The notes under the pieces were generated by a model, which was not told the origin of the DNA, searched no databases, and was given only the letters and a program-made list of their open reading frames with translations. This document shows, one piece after another, positions 17,039 through 19,479 of a stretch of 19,479 bases of DNA. Origin of the DNA: Elusimicrobiota bacterium (lineage in GTDB: Bacteria; Elusimicrobiota; Endomicrobiia; CG1-02-37-114; JAHJSO01); the NCBI GenBank assembly GCA_043826435.1, contig JBDRQF010000039.1, positions 1-19,479 of the forward strand. Reading direction: 5' to 3'. Each line of letters opens with the position of its first letter. Position 1 is the first letter of the stretch. The translations under genes were made by a program, and so were the position numbers.

Positions 17039-18112
17039 ATGGACAATGAAAGGATAACAAAACTGAGAGAAAGGGTTGTCCGACTAAAGGAAAAGACAAA
17101 ATTGCTCTCCGAAAAAATACAGGGTAACGGATACGCCACCGGCACAACCAAGCCCACCGGAACAACTATGCCCGCCGGCACAACCAAGCCCGAAGGAACA
17201 ACTATACCCGCCGGGAAGGAAAAATTGCCCGGGCAGGAGGCAGAAACAAACTTCCTCCGGACGAAGTTAGAGTCGGCTGAACATGAAAAGGAAGGGCTGA
17301 CGGAAAAGGTTGCAGGGCTTTCAGAAGAGGGCGCCCGGCTGAAGGAAATGGTTTTATCGCTTGAGAAGGAAAAAAGAATAATAGAATCAGAACGGAATAC
17401 ATTATCCGAGCAGATGGCAGGACTTCATCAGGAGACATGGATAAAATTCTCCCTTGACCTGATAAAGGAGTTTATAGAAGAATTACTGAGGTATTTCAGG
17501 GATACCATGTGTATGCTGAAAGAGGCGATAGACATACTGGATGCTATACCGGGGATGGATGAGGCAACAAAAAAAAAGGTAGATGTTATTGCACGCAAAG
17601 TAAAATGCATGATAGATGTAATGATTGACGCAAAAGAAAAGTATAATTTTGGAGAGTTGAAATTAAGGCGGACGAATTTAGGCGATATAATAAATACGGT
17701 CATTTCAAAATATTCCATGCGGCTCCGTCAAAAGATAAGTTTGAATGCAAAGTTTTCAGAAACCCAGATAATCGTCAATGTTGACCCCGACCTTATAACC
17801 GAGATGCTCGGATATATTGTGTCAAACTCAATTGAATCCATAACTACCATGGGGTCAATAGAGATGGAAACAAGGACAACCGGTGATAGGGTCTTCCTGG
17901 AAATCAGGGATAACGGCTACGGTATTCCCCCGCATTTTTTAGACAAAACCCTCGCTCCATTTTTTACTTTGAAGGATGGCAAAACAGACGAGTTCCATAC
18001 GGGGCTGGGTCTGACCCGGGCATACTGGATATGCCGCCTGCACGGCGGGGACATAGAATTAGAGAGCCAGATGAACAAGGGCACAAAGGTAACAATATGG
18101 CTGCCTTGCTGA
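17039..18112 (+). CDS. Soluble histidine-kinase-like protein (coiled coil, His-less DHp, HATPase_c) (cassette 2, gene C)
   Basis: RBS GAGGAG upstream. N-box-like YIVSNSIES, G1 DNGYGIP, F box PFFTLK, G2 TGLGL, and end HGGDIELESQMNKGTKVTIWLP. No TM helix. The H-box position reads LLRYFRDTM. Confidence 0.85.
   Translation: MDNERITKLRERVVRLKEKTKLLSEKIQGNGYATGTTKPTGTTMPAGTTKPEGTTIPAGKEKLPGQEAETNFLRTKLESAEHEKEGLTEKVAGLSEEGARLKEMVLSLEKEKRIIESERNTLSEQMAGLHQETWIKFSLDLIKEFIEELLRYFRDTMCMLKEAIDILDAIPGMDEATKKKVDVIARKVKCMIDVMIDAKEKYNFGELKLRRTNLGDIINTVISKYSMRLRQKISLNAKFSETQIIVNVDPDLITEMLGYIVSNSIESITTMGSIEMETRTTGDRVFLEIRDNGYGIPPHFLDKTLAPFFTLKDGKTDEFHTGLGLTRAYWICRLHGGDIELESQMNKGTKVTIWLPC
17141..17212 (+). 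repeat. In-frame 18-nt repeat x4 (36-nt higher-order period) encoding GTTKPT/GTTMPA/GTTKPE/GTTIPA
   Basis: GGCACAACCAAGCCCACC GGAACAACTATGCCCGCC GGCACAACCAAGCCCGAA GGAACAACTATACCCGCC. Confidence 0.9.
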
Positions 18113-18166
18113 ATAATTGTCAAGACCTGACCCCCATATGTGTAGTATCGGACAGGAGGTTCTAAA

Positions 18167-19267
18167 ATGCCGCGACTTGAGATGACACATGAAGCAATGA
18201 GGCATTACTACCGCGGAAGGGTGTTTGAATCCACGGGAGAAATTGACATCTCCATTGAAGAATATAAAAAGTCGGTAGAATTGGGCGCCGACTATGCAGA
18301 TATCCACAACAGTTTAGGTAGGGTCTATGCAAAAAAGGGTTTGTTTGATGAGGCGAGGCAGTCGTTCCAGAAAGCCCTCCACATAAACCCGCATTACCTT
18401 GAGGCGCAGAGAAATTTAAGCGAACTTGAAACGCGCCTGTCGGTAATGCACTCTGCTCCGCAGAAGGATAAAAAAAGGGACAGGGGTCCGGAAGTCCCCG
18501 CCGAAGAGAGTCCGCCCGGCAGGTCCTTGTGGATGTCAAAAACAGCGTTTATCCTCGTAGGGCTGCTTACAGGTATTATAATAACGGGCGTAGCGCTATT
18601 TTTAATCCCGCGGCTGAAAGTTCAGGAGAAGATTGTAACATTTACCGCCCCATCCGATAACATCATAGCCCTTGTCCGCGACGGGGATACGATGTATATG
18701 TACGACTGGCTCAAGCAGGAGATATACAACGTTGCCATCAGGGAAGAGATTCTTGCAGTCCGTAAGACATACCGTTTTACCGATGTTTTCCCTGTGGGAC
18801 TGGCCGCAGGCAAGAGTTACCTGTGGAGCATAGATGCCTGGGCGAAGAAGATAAACAAGCACATTTACGACGACAAATTCAGCGTGCTGTACAGGTACGA
18901 CAGCCCGGGCAAGAACCCTGCGGCAATCTGCTGGGACGGGAAGAACCTCTGGTCTGTTGATGGGAGTTCAAAAAAGATTTACAGGCATAACACAGAGGAC
19001 CCGCTCCTTGCCCCAGAACAGGAGTTTAACAGTCCGTGCAGCCGGCCCGTGGGTTTCTTTTACGACGGGAAAGCATACCTTTCTGTTGACGGCGACGGGC
19101 AGGTCGTATACAAGCACACCGCAAACATGGAGACAGTTGCCAACTACCGCCTTAACTTTCCGGGCAAAAAGATGAGCGGCATATTCATAGACAGGAAGTA
19201 CGTATGGGTTTCTTTTGAAGGCGATCCCACCATCATTCGTTACCCGAAAGACAAACTGCTCCAGTGA
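18167..19267 (+). CDS. Membrane protein: N-terminal TPR repeats, one TM helix, C-terminal beta-propeller (cassette 2, gene D)
   Basis: RBS AGGAGG at 18154-18159. TPR motifs YADIHNSLGRVYAKKGLFDEARQSFQKALHINPHYLEAQRNL. TM segment AFILVGLLTGIIITGVALFLIP. Propeller segment LWSIDAWAKKINKH...DSPGKNPAAICWDGKNLWSVD is paralogous to 9533, and both proteins end RYPKD. Confidence 0.82.
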   Translation: MPRLEMTHEAMRHYYRGRVFESTGEIDISIEEYKKSVELGADYADIHNSLGRVYAKKGLFDEARQSFQKALHINPHYLEAQRNLSELETRLSVMHSAPQKDKKRDRGPEVPAEESPPGRSLWMSKTAFILVGLLTGIIITGVALFLIPRLKVQEKIVTFTAPSDNIIALVRDGDTMYMYDWLKQEIYNVAIREEILAVRKTYRFTDVFPVGLAAGKSYLWSIDAWAKKINKHIYDDKFSVLYRYDSPGKNPAAICWDGKNLWSVDGSSKKIYRHNTEDPLLAPEQEFNSPCSRPVGFFYDGKAYLSVDGDGQVVYKHTANMETVANYRLNFPGKKMSGIFIDRKYVWVSFEGDPTIIRYPKDKLLQ

Positions 19268-19281
19268 CATCCGGTTTTTTC

Positions 19282-19311
19282 TTGCCTATTCAAACCAAAA
19301 TTTGCTATAAT
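19282..19311 (+). promoter_or_regulatory. Putative sigma70 promoter with extended -10
   Basis: TTGCCT (19282-19287), an 18-nt spacer, then TG-c-TATAAT (19303-19311) in an AT-rich intergenic region. Confidence 0.6.
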
Positions 19312-19343
19312 TAATACAAAGAAAACAAAGGGGCATAAACCTA

Positions 19344-19479
19344 GTCATTGCGAGCCCGAAGGGCGTGGCAATCCAAATGTCATTGCGAGCCCGAAGGGCG
19401 TGGCAATCCAAATGTCATTGCGAGCCCGAAGGGCGTGGCAATCCAAATGTCATTGCGAGCCCGAAGGGCGTGGCAATCC
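19344..19479. repeat. Perfect tandem array of a 35-bp REP-like palindromic unit (at least 4 copies, last one incomplete at the window edge)
   Basis: GTCATTGCGAGCCCGAAGGGCGTGGCAATCCAAAT starts at 19344, 19379, 19414 and 19449. The copies are identical and there are no unique spacers. Confidence 0.95.

Noticed and set aside
16447..17187. 246-aa minus-strand ORF
   Set aside because: It is antisense to two well-supported CDSs and has no recognisable motifs.
10726..17577. Homopolymer runs as phase-variation sites (T8 at 10726, A9 at 17569; also C8 at 3410)
   Set aside because: The runs are short, in frame, and explained by Phe/Lys/Pro codons. There is no evidence of frameshift.
18117..18148. Internal promoter TTGTCA...TAGTAT before the TPR gene
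   Set aside because: The 20-nt spacing and weak -10 make it unsupportable.
19344..19479. CRISPR array (35-bp palindromic repeats behind an AT-rich leader)
   Set aside because: There are no unique spacers, the units abut directly, no cas genes are in the window, and the same unit is dispersed elsewhere as a REP.

Overview
Bacterial DNA carrying nine co-directional (+ strand) CDSs, mostly overlapping or abutting. A 5'-truncated very long coiled-coil protein comes first. It is followed by two tandem, diverged copies of a four-gene cassette: (A) a giant secreted FN3/Ig-like repeat protein ending in a gliding-motility/T9SS type-B-like (CHU_C) C-terminal sorting domain; (B) a PorV/PorP-SprF-like outer-membrane beta-barrel fused through a stalk to a C-terminal LysM domain; (C) a soluble coiled-coil histidine-kinase-like protein that lacks the phosphoacceptor His; (D) a single-pass membrane protein with an N-terminal pseudo-receiver (copy 1) or TPR (copy 2) domain and a C-terminal beta-propeller. 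Read together, the cassette looks like a surface-to-cytoplasm trans-envelope system whose phosphorelay residues have been lost. That function is inference. A family of ~30-bp palindromic REP-like repeats (GTCATTGCGAG...GCAATC, cUUCGg loop) occupies three intergenic regions, including a perfect 35-bp tandem array behind a strong sigma70-like promoter at the right edge. The gene style resembles Elusimicrobiota, but this is unverified. No rRNA, tRNA, transposase or CRISPR array was seen.
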